This document shows, piece by piece, positions 38,421-48,947 of a DNA stretch of 64,000 nucleotides. A program made the translations under genes and the position numbers. Position 1 is the stretch's first letter. Every line of letters begins with the position of its first letter. Where the stretch lies: IMG/VR virus record IMGVR_UViG_3300047353_000337, positions 1 through 64,000 of that record, one strand, 5' to 3'. This DNA comes from a virus. Below the pieces are notes generated by a model. That model ran no database searches and was not told the DNA's origin. It saw only the letters and a list, made by a program, of their open reading frames with translations.

Positions 38421-38426
38421 TAAATA
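38421..38426 (+). promoter_or_regulatory. Putative late promoter TAAATA heading the enzyme island
   Basis: GAGTAAATAGTT, then AGGAG RBS and ATG 38454. Confidence 0.5.
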
Positions 38427-38453
38427 GTTATACTATAAAGTAGGAGTATAATT

Positions 38454-38801
38454 ATGGACGAAGCACTAGAAAAAGCATTAGATTTTTCTAATTTTACCTC
38501 CACTCTAAATGCACAAAAACGTATACTACATGAAAAGTATCTAGGTACTCTTGTAATGTATTCGAATAACGGCAAATTCACAATTACAAAAGAGATATTA
38601 AATTTTTGTTTTATGTTAGTATCAACAAATATAAACAAAACTATTTTAATTGACGATAATCGCACTCCTATACAAATTGATGATGTTGAGGCTTTTATGT
38701 TACAAGCTACACAACATTTTACTGATGCAAATAACATGTACTTAGATGAGTACAAAACACTTAGTACTAAACGTAGTGTAGAAGGTTTAGTTGATGAATA
38801 A
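38454..38801 (+). CDS. Hypothetical protein
   Basis: 115-aa ORF with AGGAG RBS; overlaps the next gene. Confidence 0.7.
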   Translation: MDEALEKALDFSNFTSTLNAQKRILHEKYLGTLVMYSNNGKFTITKEILNFCFMLVSTNINKTILIDDNRTPIQIDDVEAFMLQATQHFTDANNMYLDEYKTLSTKRSVEGLVDE

Positions 38802-39618
38802 TGGTGTATTATGTTTTGCACACAATAACGGAAAAGTAGATTATTTAAAGCAAGCAGATTTTCTTGCAAAACGTGTAAAGCAACATTTAAATTTACCAAC
38901 TACTTTGGTCACGTCAACACCTCAAGATATTATTGAAAATAAAGTATTTGACAATGTAATCAAAATACAGGACGACAATAGTAACGTAAAGCGTTATTAT
39001 AACGGATCCTTTCATCATCAACAATTATCATTTAAGAATCATGACAGAATAAAAAGTTATGAATTATCTCCATATGACACTACATTAGTACTTGATACAG
39101 ATTATGTTATTTGTAATGATTCTTTTAAACATGCATTTGATAGTACACACAATTTTCAAATATATAAAGATGGTATTGATTTGTGCAACTGGCGTAATTA
39201 CAAAGAGTTTGATTATATTAATGATGCCGGAATTCCTTTCTATTGGGCAACTTGTTTTTGTTTTACAAAAACATCAGAAACAAAAATATTTTTTGATTTA
39301 TTACAACACCTAGTAAATAATTGGAAGCACTACGAACAAGTATACAATTTAGGTAGCAGAAACTTTAGAAATGATCATGTGTTTAGCATTGCTATACATA
39401 TGATGAACGGATTTACAGATGGTAATTGGGCAAAAACTCTACCAGGTCAAATGTTTTATACACTAGATAAAGATATTGTAAAAACAATTAAAGATAATTC
39501 TCTTACGTTTTTGTTAGAAAAAGAAAATTGTACAGGCGAGTATATACTAGCATCTACTAAAGATTGCAATGTGCATGTTATGAATAAGTTTAGTTTAGGA
39601 GAACTTATAAATGACTAA
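38791..39618 (+). CDS. Glycosyltransferase, GT-A fold (GT8-like)
   Basis: ELSPYDTTLVLDTD (DxD), FRND..FSIA; paralog of the next gene. Confidence 0.7.
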   Translation: MMNNGVLCFAHNNGKVDYLKQADFLAKRVKQHLNLPTTLVTSTPQDIIENKVFDNVIKIQDDNSNVKRYYNGSFHHQQLSFKNHDRIKSYELSPYDTTLVLDTDYVICNDSFKHAFDSTHNFQIYKDGIDLCNWRNYKEFDYINDAGIPFYWATCFCFTKTSETKIFFDLLQHLVNNWKHYEQVYNLGSRNFRNDHVFSIAIHMMNGFTDGNWAKTLPGQMFYTLDKDIVKTIKDNSLTFLLEKENCTGEYILASTKDCNVHVMNKFSLGELIND

Positions 39619-40408
39619 AGGATATATTATGGTAGCTATGGGCGACGACTATGTACGCCAAGCATATTTGTGTGCTGTGAGTATTAAGAAAACACAGACA
39701 ATTAACAACGTGTCAATAGTAACAAGTGATACAGTTCCAGAAGAATATAAAAGTGTGTTTGATAAAATCATTGAAGTACCGTGGCACGACAAAGAGTCAA
39801 AGAGTTTTTATAAAACAGAACACCGTTGGAAAGTATTTCATTTAACTCCTTACGAAGAAACAGTTGTATTAGATACTGATATGTTATTTTTAACAGATGT
39901 ATCGCATTGGTGGAAACATTTTGCACAAAAAAGTATAGGGTTTGTTAACAATGTAATAGATTATCGAGGAAACACTATTACAAATGATTATTATAGAAAA
40001 TCATTTACAGCAAATAATTTGCCTAACATTTATTGTGCATTTCATTATTTTAAGAAAGATGATACAGCATTAGAATATTACAAAATTCTAAATAGAGTAT
40101 GTGGAAATTTTGAAAAATATTATGAAATATATACACCTAAGCAAACACCTAAACTAAGTAGTATGGATGTAAATCATGCTATTGCATTACTTGATAGTAA
40201 TATGAACAATTATACTACAAACTTTGGATCGTTTGTACATATGAAAAGCAAAGTGCAAGGCTGGGCAAATCCAACAGATACTTGGACAGATACTGTTCCT
40301 TATTATATAAGCAATGAATTAAAAGTTGGAAACTATACACAGCACGGAGTTTTTCATTATACTGAGAATAGTTTTTGTGAGGAGATGCTATGCAACATGT
40401 TAAAGTAG
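39611..40408 (+). CDS. Glycosyltransferase, GT-A fold (GT8-like)
   Basis: GYIMVA...Y..QA..CA.SIK, HLTPYEETVVLDTDM, FVHMK, FHY. Confidence 0.72.
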   Translation: MTKGYIMVAMGDDYVRQAYLCAVSIKKTQTINNVSIVTSDTVPEEYKSVFDKIIEVPWHDKESKSFYKTEHRWKVFHLTPYEETVVLDTDMLFLTDVSHWWKHFAQKSIGFVNNVIDYRGNTITNDYYRKSFTANNLPNIYCAFHYFKKDDTALEYYKILNRVCGNFEKYYEIYTPKQTPKLSSMDVNHAIALLDSNMNNYTTNFGSFVHMKSKVQGWANPTDTWTDTVPYYISNELKVGNYTQHGVFHYTENSFCEEMLCNMLK

Positions 40409-40929
40409 ACACTCCACAATATGTTTGTTTTAATCAAAAGTCTGGAGAAATTTTTAGTATAGGACCTAGCATTGAGCCAGGCTATCAGTATTTTAAAGTT
40501 ACTGAAGAAGAGATTGAGCCTATTAAAACTTTTAAAACAAACATGACTGATTATGTTGTAGCTTACAATCGAGCTGAAAAAGCATTTGTACTTAAAAAAA
40601 ATATCTATATCGAACATGAAGCACAGTTTACACAGATTATGCCTCTAGATGAGTCTGCAATGTATGATTTGCTTTTAACGGTTGACAATAAGGCTAAAAG
40701 ATGTTATATTAGTACAGGTATAGAACTATTAGATACAATGAAAACAACTAACGTAGATTTACAAAAAGAAATTACTTTTAGTTTTACAAAGAAAGGTGAT
40801 CCGCACATATTATACGATATAGCAACATTTAATATTGCAGATCCAAAAGAAGCAAAAATTAACATAAAAGATGTGTATAGCATCTATGCAAGTAGTGATA
40901 TGGCAACTTGTATGTATAAGGAGTTGTAA
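40390..40929 (+). CDS. Hypothetical protein
   Basis: 179-aa ORF with GAGGAG RBS, coupled to its neighbours. Confidence 0.65.
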   Translation: MQHVKVDTPQYVCFNQKSGEIFSIGPSIEPGYQYFKVTEEEIEPIKTFKTNMTDYVVAYNRAEKAFVLKKNIYIEHEAQFTQIMPLDESAMYDLLLTVDNKAKRCYISTGIELLDTMKTTNVDLQKEITFSFTKKGDPHILYDIATFNIADPKEAKINIKDVYSIYASSDMATCMYKEL

Positions 40930-41822
40930 TGAAATTAAAAATTGCAGAACAAGATATTGTCTACCTAAGTTACGATGAACCTAATGCTGAAGAAAATTAT
41001 GCCGACTTATTAAGTAAAGTGCCGTGGGCAAAACGTGTACACGGAGTTCATGGTAGTGATGCCGCACATAAAGCCTGTGCCGAGTTATGCGAAACTGATA
41101 GGTTTATTACAGTTGACGGAGACAATACTATAGATCAAAAGTTTTTAAATCAAACTATTGATCTTGATGATGGACAAGATTTGACAAAGTGTGTAATTAG
41201 TTGGTGTGGCAAAAATATTATTAATGGACTTACGTATGGCAACGGCGGACTTAAATGCTGGCCAAAAGAATATGTATTAAATATGCGTACTCATGAAAAC
41301 GCAGATTTAACCAACCCACATGCACAAGTAGATTTTTGTTGGGACGCACAATACATTCAAGTAAAAGATGCGTTTAGTACTACACATAACAATGCAACAG
41401 CACAACAAGCCTGGAGAGCAGGATTTCGTGAAGGTGTAAAATTAGCACTTGACAGAGGCGAACGTATATCCAAAGAAGATTTTTTTACAAAGAATCATTA
41501 TAAGAATTTACATATGTTATATGTATGGATGATGGTTGGTAGTGATGTGCCTAACGGTAATTGGGCTATACTAGGTGCTAGAGAAGGACTTAGTATGACA
41601 ATGCTTAGTGATTGGGATTATATACAAGTACGTGACTTTGAATATCTAAATCAATTATGGGGTGGCAGAGATGAAATGCCTGCAGATGTATTACACGATG
41701 AAATTTTTAATTATGGAAGTGATTTAATTAACCAATTAGAAATACCTATTGCTATACAGCCTTTCAACGAAGAGCAAAGCGAATTTTTTAAAACAGTGTA
41801 TCAAGGACCACAAATAAGATGA
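40929..41822 (+). CDS. Glycosyltransferase-like protein (GT2-like)
   Basis: SYDEPNA, KRVHGV.G...AH, VDGD (DxD), NGLTYGNGGLK, WRAGFREGVKL. Confidence 0.6.
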   Translation: MKLKIAEQDIVYLSYDEPNAEENYADLLSKVPWAKRVHGVHGSDAAHKACAELCETDRFITVDGDNTIDQKFLNQTIDLDDGQDLTKCVISWCGKNIINGLTYGNGGLKCWPKEYVLNMRTHENADLTNPHAQVDFCWDAQYIQVKDAFSTTHNNATAQQAWRAGFREGVKLALDRGERISKEDFFTKNHYKNLHMLYVWMMVGSDVPNGNWAILGAREGLSMTMLSDWDYIQVRDFEYLNQLWGGRDEMPADVLHDEIFNYGSDLINQLEIPIAIQPFNEEQSEFFKTVYQGPQIR

Positions 41823-43174
41823 CATCATTAGAAGATCCTATTATTGTAAAAACTAAGTTAGACAATGTAGGTTGTGGATTCTGCCTGGCTAAATGGACAC
41901 AGGTAACTATTCATTTAGGATCAGGACTTACACACAGTTGCCATCATGTTAAAGCACATCCAATTGATTTAAATGAGCTTGCAGAAAATCCAGGAGCATT
42001 ACACAACACTGGATTTAAAAAGAACGTAAGAAAGCAAATGCTTAATAACGAGCGACCAAACGAGTGTGATTACTGTTGGCGCATTGAAGATAACACCGGC
42101 ATGACAAGTGATAGGGTTTTTAAAAGTAGAGATCCTTTTAGCTGGCCCGATTTTGATGCTATATCTAAGATGACCGGTGATGAAAATTTTTATCCACGTT
42201 ATGTTGAAGTTAGTTTTAGTAATGTCTGTAATTTTAAGTGTGGGTATTGTGGTCCTGCATTTAGTAGTAAATGGACTGACGAAATTAAAGAACATGGTCC
42301 TTATAAATTTAAATATGTTAATTGGAAATATAACCAACCAGATGAATCGCAAAAACAAATACCACAACGAGAAACTAATCCGTACGTTGAAGCATTTTGG
42401 AAATGGTTTCCTGAAGCAGTAACACATATGCATACTTTCCGTATTACAGGTGGCGAACCTTTAATGAGTAAGAATACTAATAAGGTAATAGAATACTTAA
42501 TTAAAAATCCTCAGCCTAATTTAGAGTTTGCAATAAACACAAATGCATGCCCCCCAGGAGAAACACAATGGAAGGAATTTGTAGATAGAATTAAAGTTTT
42601 AGAAGACAATAATTGTATTAAACGATTTGTATTGTTTGTAAGTGCTGAAGGTAAAGGTGCTCAACAAGAATATAACAGATATGGTATGGACTGGACAATG
42701 TTTACAGATAATGTTAAGTATTATCTAAAACAAACACAAGGTAGATGTGTGTTCATGAGTGCGTTTAATGTATTAAGTATTCCTACATTTTTACCTTTTC
42801 TAAAATATGTTTTTAAACTTAAAAGCGGGTATAAAAATGATATTAAAGTAGATATACCTTATGTAAGAAGCCCTGGATTTTTAGATGCTAAAATTGCTAC
42901 AAAAGATTTAATTAAAGAATACTTACACCCATGTATTTCCTACATGGAAGAAAATAATTTTGATGACAGAGAAAAGTCTCAGATGAAACGTATTGTAAAA
43001 GACTTAGATGTAAGACATGCTGATTTAGCTAATTGGGAACAAGAGGCTATTGAAGGACGAAGAATGTTTTATGAATGGATACAACAATACGATAAACGTC
43101 GAAATGTTAATTTTTTAGAAGTATTCCCTCAGATGAAAGAGTTTTACGAGGAGTGCAAACAGTGTATGATATAG
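41819..43174 (+). CDS. Radical SAM protein with N-terminal Cys-rich (twitch-like) domain
   Basis: CNFKCGYC, TGGEP; N-terminal CLAKW, SCHH, ECDYCW. Confidence 0.88.
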   Translation: MTSLEDPIIVKTKLDNVGCGFCLAKWTQVTIHLGSGLTHSCHHVKAHPIDLNELAENPGALHNTGFKKNVRKQMLNNERPNECDYCWRIEDNTGMTSDRVFKSRDPFSWPDFDAISKMTGDENFYPRYVEVSFSNVCNFKCGYCGPAFSSKWTDEIKEHGPYKFKYVNWKYNQPDESQKQIPQRETNPYVEAFWKWFPEAVTHMHTFRITGGEPLMSKNTNKVIEYLIKNPQPNLEFAINTNACPPGETQWKEFVDRIKVLEDNNCIKRFVLFVSAEGKGAQQEYNRYGMDWTMFTDNVKYYLKQTQGRCVFMSAFNVLSIPTFLPFLKYVFKLKSGYKNDIKVDIPYVRSPGFLDAKIATKDLIKEYLHPCISYMEENNFDDREKSQMKRIVKDLDVRHADLANWEQEAIEGRRMFYEWIQQYDKRRNVNFLEVFPQMKEFYEECKQCMI

Positions 43175-43839
43175 TGTTTATAAGCTATTACGAACCAAAT
43201 GCGGAACAAAATTTTGACGATTTGTACAGTAGATTTAATACTATTGGTGTATTTGGTGATAGAGTAAAGCGTGTTTCTAATGTCAAAGGCATACACAATG
43301 CACATATCGAAGCGGCTAAACTTGCAAAAACTAGTTACTTTTATGTAGTAGATGGTGATGCAAAGGTCGTACAAGACTTCAAATTTGCTCATACAGCAGA
43401 GGAAAGAGATACAGTACACGTTTACCATAGTAAGAATCCTGTTAACGATTTAACATATGGTTACGGCGGTATAAAACTATTGCCTACTACACTTACACAT
43501 AACATGGATACAACTACTACAGATATGACTACAAGTATTAGTGATAAATTTAAAGTAATAGACGAAGTTAGTAATATTACAGCGTTTGATACAGATGCTT
43601 TTAGTACTTGGAAAAGTGCTTTTAGAGAATGTGCAAAATTATCAAGTAAAACAATAAACAGACAAGACGAGGAGGAAACTAATGCAAGACTTAAAACTTG
43701 GACTACTTATGCTACTGGAAGTTATAAGCGAGATGCGTTACGAGGTGCTAATGCTGGTATGCAGTTTGGCCTTTCTAACAGCTCTGATCTTAACTTAATA
43801 AATGATTTTGATTGGTTGAAAGGACAATTTAATGAGTAG
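43153..43839 (+). CDS. Glycosyltransferase-like protein (paralog of 40929-41822)
   Basis: SYYEPNA, KRVSNVKGIHNAH, VDGD, NDLTYGYGGIK, WKSAFRECAKL; true start may be GTG 43162 (RBS GAGGAG). Confidence 0.6.
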   Translation: MQTVYDIVFISYYEPNAEQNFDDLYSRFNTIGVFGDRVKRVSNVKGIHNAHIEAAKLAKTSYFYVVDGDAKVVQDFKFAHTAEERDTVHVYHSKNPVNDLTYGYGGIKLLPTTLTHNMDTTTTDMTTSISDKFKVIDEVSNITAFDTDAFSTWKSAFRECAKLSSKTINRQDEEETNARLKTWTTYATGSYKRDALRGANAGMQFGLSNSSDLNLINDFDWLKGQFNE

Positions 43840-44485
43840 ATTATTTGCTTTTGGATGCAGTCATACTTACGGTGAAGGCCAAATAGACTGTCTTAATAGT
43901 CAAGGACCAAATGGCATAGTAATGGCAGATAAGCCTAGTCAGTATGCTTGGCCAACATTGCTAGGAAAAATGTTAGATAAAAAAGTTGTGAATTTAGGAC
44001 GCCCTGGGTGTGGTAACAGATACATATCTCAGCAAATATTAAACACTACTATAGAAAAAGACGACATTATAGTTATATTATGGACAGAGGTCAACAGGTC
44101 AACAGTATTTACATCCGAGAGTATAGAACTAGCAAAAGTAGCAACGAATATACACCCTACAAGAAATAACAATGTGTGTAAAAACTATTATAAATGGATT
44201 CATGATCCGTATAATAGTTTTCTTGAATCATTAGAAGCTGTAAATTTAGCAAACTATACCCTACAAGAACATCGTCATGTGTATAATTTTAAAGCTAATT
44301 TTAATTCAAAGTTAGGCGTTAACAAGACTGATATCGAATATGTATATCCTAAATGGAATAAAGTAAATCTAATTAATCAGTCTTTATATTATGTTGATTT
44401 TGCATCTGATAATGATCATCCCGGACCAGAATCGCAAAAGTTAATTGCTAGAGATATGTTAAAATATGTAAAGGAAACAAATTAG
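43832..44485 (+). CDS. SGNH/GDSL hydrolase-like (acyl esterase/transferase)
   Basis: FGCSHTYG block I, NLGRPGCGN block II, DNDHPG block V. Confidence 0.65.
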   Translation: MSRLFAFGCSHTYGEGQIDCLNSQGPNGIVMADKPSQYAWPTLLGKMLDKKVVNLGRPGCGNRYISQQILNTTIEKDDIIVILWTEVNRSTVFTSESIELAKVATNIHPTRNNNVCKNYYKWIHDPYNSFLESLEAVNLANYTLQEHRHVYNFKANFNSKLGVNKTDIEYVYPKWNKVNLINQSLYYVDFASDNDHPGPESQKLIARDMLKYVKETN

Positions 44486-44487
44486 CT

Positions 44488-45345
44488 ATGATTAACATTG
44501 TTGTAACAAGCAAACCAGTTGACGGCTTATTCTATTACAGTTATGAATACTGTGATATGCTTAACAAAGCTGGTTATTCTGCACAGGTTGTTGTTATAAC
44601 ACATCGAAACTTTACTAAAGAAGATTATCTAGATTCAATTAGCAACAAATATATACATTGTCAAAATATAATTATTGACGATTATGTTCCGGCACTAAAT
44701 GATATTACACTTATTATGGGCCGTAGTATGATGACACTTAGTTGGCAAAGTTTTAATGATTATACAGATATACAAAAACGTATATTATATCGCTTGTTTG
44801 ATGGTGATATCATTAGCGTATATTCTGAAAATCATGTAGATGGTTATCCTAAGGCTGTTAAGTTTTATAATCCTAAACAAATAGTAGACCTTTGCGATAC
44901 CGAAGTTTATCCTAATGGCGCTGGCGCTCATTTCGAAAAAACTATTAATTTTAGTATATACAAACCACACAAAGATAACATACAGTTCAAACACTTGTTT
45001 TTAGGCACAAACCCAGAATACTATACTAGTGTTGAAAAAGTTATTGATAATTATCCTGACCATGGGATCTTGACATATGATGAAAAGTATGTTAATATAA
45101 AGAATAATAATATATTTGTACCAGTAGAAAATCTTATGAGCTTGTTTGAAACATATGTATACACCAAAGAAACATTCGATCCTGCTCCAAGAATTTTTCA
45201 AGAGTGTAAATACTATGGAAAAGATGTAGTGTACCTTAGAGATAAAAATATACAAGACGGTGGTAGTGTATATTGGAGGCGTGATTGTAAAGAACCAGAT
45301 GTAACACCTATTGTAAAAGTAGTGGAGGAATTAAATGAAAATTAG
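44488..45345 (+). CDS. Hypothetical protein (possibly glycosyltransferase-related)
   Basis: 285-aa ORF with AGGA RBS; FDPAPRIFQEC.YYGK resembles a GT-B C-terminal motif (weak). Confidence 0.55.
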   Translation: MINIVVTSKPVDGLFYYSYEYCDMLNKAGYSAQVVVITHRNFTKEDYLDSISNKYIHCQNIIIDDYVPALNDITLIMGRSMMTLSWQSFNDYTDIQKRILYRLFDGDIISVYSENHVDGYPKAVKFYNPKQIVDLCDTEVYPNGAGAHFEKTINFSIYKPHKDNIQFKHLFLGTNPEYYTSVEKVIDNYPDHGILTYDEKYVNIKNNNIFVPVENLMSLFETYVYTKETFDPAPRIFQECKYYGKDVVYLRDKNIQDGGSVYWRRDCKEPDVTPIVKVVEELNEN

Positions 45346-45694
45346 GCCAAAGTGTTTAGCATTTGGTGAAAGAGATCGAAAAGGAGCCGCTTACACTAGT
45401 GACGGCTTTATGTTACCTTGTTGCTGGATGGATGATCCTCCTGTATTAAATCATATTATTAAGGCAGGATTAAAAGACCCAGAACTTGCTTTAGCAAATA
45501 ATGAAAAATTAGAAGATATCTTTACAAGTGATCAATGGGAAAACTTTTTTCAAAAACTTTACAATGCCCCAGATGAATGTTCGTATATGTGTAAGAAAAA
45601 GTGTGGTGTTGAACTTACAGAAGATGAGCATAATATTCGTAAACTAGAAGAAAAATTAGAGAGTGTAAAACAACGTGTCGGAAAGAATTACTAA
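45335..45694 (+). CDS. Stand-alone SPASM/twitch-like Fe-S domain protein
   Basis: PKC...DGFMLPCCW...LEDIF...C...CKKKC; no CxxxCxxC. Confidence 0.6.
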   Translation: MKIRPKCLAFGERDRKGAAYTSDGFMLPCCWMDDPPVLNHIIKAGLKDPELALANNEKLEDIFTSDQWENFFQKLYNAPDECSYMCKKKCGVELTEDEHNIRKLEEKLESVKQRVGKNY

Positions 45695-46400
45695 TAATTA
45701 CGTAGAACAACAGGTATGGTCTAGGCCTAACCTAGACATTTCGCATCGATGTATTTTGAAATGCCCACAGTGTATTCGTCAAAAAATATCTAGTCAAGAT
45801 CAAATACGTAGATCTTTTGATCTAGAAGAAAAAAACTTTCAAAAAATATTAGATTATTATAAAGGTATTACATTTTGCGGACAAATTTCCGACCCTATAT
45901 ATCATCCTAATTTTTTAAAATTTTTAGAAATGTCTGATGGTAAGCAAGTACGTATTGCTACTAACGGAAGTGGACAATCTTTAGATTGGTGGAAACAAGC
46001 ATATAGTTACGGTAAGAACACAAACGCTTGGTACTTTGGTGTAGACGGTATTGATAAAAAGAGCGAACTTTATAGAATTGGATCAAACTTTGAAAATGTC
46101 TGGGAAATGATGAAACTAGGCAGAGACCTCGGGCATACTATTGTTTGGCAGTATATTATATTTGGTTACAACGAACACGAAGTTGACCGTGCTATAGAAA
46201 TTGCTAAAGAGGAAAACTTTGCTCTATTATTTGTAAACACAAATAGAGGATTTAATCCTGATAATCCATTGTTAAGAAAGAATGTAGATTTTAAACTTAC
46301 ATCTCCAGATAAAAAACATTTGCAAGATCGGGTTAAGAAAGAATGGATTGGGCATATGTCAAAAGAACTTGAAAACTGGCGTCGGGCACCATGGAGTTAA
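45675..46400 (+). CDS. Radical SAM protein (core only)
   Basis: CILKCPQC, CGQISDP, ATNGS, FGVDG, WQYIIFGYNEH. Confidence 0.85.
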   Translation: MSERITNNYVEQQVWSRPNLDISHRCILKCPQCIRQKISSQDQIRRSFDLEEKNFQKILDYYKGITFCGQISDPIYHPNFLKFLEMSDGKQVRIATNGSGQSLDWWKQAYSYGKNTNAWYFGVDGIDKKSELYRIGSNFENVWEMMKLGRDLGHTIVWQYIIFGYNEHEVDRAIEIAKEENFALLFVNTNRGFNPDNPLLRKNVDFKLTSPDKKHLQDRVKKEWIGHMSKELENWRRAPWS

Positions 46401-46404
46401 TATT

Positions 46405-47097
46405 ATGATTGAAGATTCTCTTTCACGAAGAGCCCATGTATGGAAATACTGTGAAGATGTAATACCTACAGAAGCTGAAATTTTTGAAATACTGCAAACT
46501 GCATATCCTCTTGTTACATCTAAACAAAAAGCATATGCATACAAAGCACATATACTAGGACCTAATAAGGCAAGAAGCAGAAAACTTTGGAATATGTGCG
46601 AAGGTAACAAAATTCGAACTGACGAAGAAGAATTTGGCGACAGTGACGAAGCCTATAGATCTAACCCAGGACTTTATCATATATTAAGTGCTCCTTACAC
46701 TATTATATATACTCCTAGAATAGCACCACCAAACCCTTTTCATAAAGGAAACTTTGAAAGAGAAAAATCAAAATGGCAATTAGAAGATCCAACATTTATT
46801 AATACACGTAATAGATCTTCTAACTCCATAGAAGTTGGTATGCTTGCTAAAACAGTAACCGGTGCTGTATTAGACAGAGGATGGGATTCTTCGTATACAG
46901 TTTGTCTTCCTAAAAATATGGAGGACTGGAAAGATTTCCCCTACATAGATTTTTACCCTGACCTTATACAAACTATTGGAAAAGCTGAAAAATATAAATG
47001 GCAGTTCTATCATCCAGAAAGATTAAAAACAGATACTGATGCTCCATTTGAAGATATTTTTAATTTTGTTGATAATAGTCAAAGGAACACAGCATGA
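46405..47097 (+). CDS. Nitroreductase-like (FMN-binding) protein
   Basis: LSRR....Y....P....I.EIL..A....SKQ and IEVGM; start set at ATG 46405 after GGAG. Confidence 0.55.
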   Translation: MIEDSLSRRAHVWKYCEDVIPTEAEIFEILQTAYPLVTSKQKAYAYKAHILGPNKARSRKLWNMCEGNKIRTDEEEFGDSDEAYRSNPGLYHILSAPYTIIYTPRIAPPNPFHKGNFEREKSKWQLEDPTFINTRNRSSNSIEVGMLAKTVTGAVLDRGWDSSYTVCLPKNMEDWKDFPYIDFYPDLIQTIGKAEKYKWQFYHPERLKTDTDAPFEDIFNFVDNSQRNTA

Positions 47098-48167
47098 CAG
47101 CATATGATGCTTGGGATAGAGAATATCAAGAAAACAAACAAGACTATTTAGAAGTGTTTGATCGTTTTATGAGTCAAACAAATTATGAAAATAATGAGGA
47201 CTTTGAAAGTGGTTTTGCTGAACGTGTTGGGCGTAAACATTGTGTTAGTGTAGCAAGTGCTACAGACGCTCTTCATTTTACACTACTAGCACACAACATT
47301 GGTCTAGGCGACGAAGTGCTAGTAACAAATTTTAGTTGGATTTCAAGTTCAGCTTGTGCTAGTATGGTAGGCGCTGTTCCTGTGTTCTGTGACATTGATT
47401 TAGATTCATATCACATTAGTTTAGATAGTGTTAAACGTATGTACAGTGATAAAGTAAAAGCAATAATTTATCCACATCTATTTGGTAACATGACTGATAC
47501 TACAGAGCTACAACAATTTTGTAAAGACAAAGATATATTGTTTATTGAAGATGCCGCACAAAGTTTGGGTAGTAGTTTACATAATATAAAAGCAGGTACT
47601 ATTGGAGATTGTTCAGTATATAGTTTTAACTCAAATAAAGTTATTGCTGGCATCAATGGTGGCGGAGTTGTATTAACAGATAACGAAGATATTGCTCGTC
47701 GCGTAAAAATGATTAGACGCCATGGCAAAGACAAAGACTTTAGTATACTAGGATATAACAGTCGTATGTATGTGTTAAATGCAGAAATTATTAATTTAAG
47801 ATTAAGACATACTGAACGTAATCAAGAACGCAGACAACAAATAGCACAAGAATACAATACAGCATTTAGTAATTTACCTGTGGTAACACAAACAATGTCA
47901 AATGGGCTTAACCATAACTACCACAAATATGTAGTCCGTTTCAAAGACAAAGACACAAGGAAACGTGTAAAAACTGCTCTAAGTGCCAGTATACACTACG
48001 AAACACCTTTAAGTGCTAATAGTATGTACGATAGTATAGAACACAGGAGAGACGATTGTATGCAATCTAAAACGGCATCTGATACTGTTTTGTCGTTGCC
48101 CATTCATGCTTGGCTTACTGAGGATGAAGTAATAAGTATTATTAACAATGTAAAAAATGCTTTATAG
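47094..48167 (+). CDS. DegT/DnrJ/EryC1/StrS PLP sugar aminotransferase
   Basis: SATDAL, GDEV, PVFCDID, HLFGN, IEDAAQSLG, SFNSNK..GG, GYNSRM, LSLPIH. Confidence 0.92.
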   Translation: MTAYDAWDREYQENKQDYLEVFDRFMSQTNYENNEDFESGFAERVGRKHCVSVASATDALHFTLLAHNIGLGDEVLVTNFSWISSSACASMVGAVPVFCDIDLDSYHISLDSVKRMYSDKVKAIIYPHLFGNMTDTTELQQFCKDKDILFIEDAAQSLGSSLHNIKAGTIGDCSVYSFNSNKVIAGINGGGVVLTDNEDIARRVKMIRRHGKDKDFSILGYNSRMYVLNAEIINLRLRHTERNQERRQQIAQEYNTAFSNLPVVTQTMSNGLNHNYHKYVVRFKDKDTRKRVKTALSASIHYETPLSANSMYDSIEHRRDDCMQSKTASDTVLSLPIHAWLTEDEVISIINNVKNAL

Positions 48168-48187
48168 ATTGAAATTAAGGAATCAAC

Positions 48188-48946
48188 GTGTCAAAAATAT
48201 ACGAACTTTTTAAAAAACGCAGACAAATAAGATGGGCATGGGATCAAGAACGTATTCCTAGTAAGGAACTTATCCACAGTCTTATTGAAACAACTTTTGA
48301 TGTGGCTCCTTCTAAGCAAAATTTATTTCCATTTAAGATTCATATTATTGGTCCTAAAAATAACAAAGATAATCACATAGTAGGCAAAATTTGTGCTTTA
48401 TTTAAAAATGGATCAGTAAATCAATGGCAGATGGAAGAAGCGCCTCATCCAAATCACAAAGCACCTTGGGTGCTGATATTTGAATTGCGGAAGTGTGAAC
48501 CAAATGATTTTATAGTAAAACACGGAACGAAATACAAAGGCGGAGAAAAAAGATTTACACAAATAGATGAACGATTTCGCGGACCTACCAATAGTAAACT
48601 TGCCTGTATCGAAGTTGGCATGTTTTTAAAGATACTTGCTGGTCAGTGTTTAGAAAATGACTTACAGATCAGTTATATAAAATCATTCCCAGAATGGAGC
48701 TGGAAAGGTATAAGAAATGAATATCATAAAGACACTAACAAAGGTTCTGGTATAGATTGGAGTGCTTTACCTTATATAAAAGAAATGCCTATTATTGTAG
48801 CACAGATTGGCTATAAAGCAAACATTGCAGATATGCTTGCTACAAACATTGATAATCCAAACGTGCCTCTTCTTGAAAGAGGAGCAGAAACAAAACCTGC
48901 TTTAGAAGATATTATCAAATATCATTTAGAAGAAACTGACGAATAA
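48188..48946 (+). CDS. Nitroreductase-like protein (paralog of 46405-47097)
   Basis: KKRRQIR..W....P....I..LI......PSKQN, APWVLIF, IEVGMF. Confidence 0.6.
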   Translation: MSKIYELFKKRRQIRWAWDQERIPSKELIHSLIETTFDVAPSKQNLFPFKIHIIGPKNNKDNHIVGKICALFKNGSVNQWQMEEAPHPNHKAPWVLIFELRKCEPNDFIVKHGTKYKGGEKRFTQIDERFRGPTNSKLACIEVGMFLKILAGQCLENDLQISYIKSFPEWSWKGIRNEYHKDTNKGSGIDWSALPYIKEMPIIVAQIGYKANIADMLATNIDNPNVPLLERGAETKPALEDIIKYHLEETDE

Positions 48947-48947
48947 T

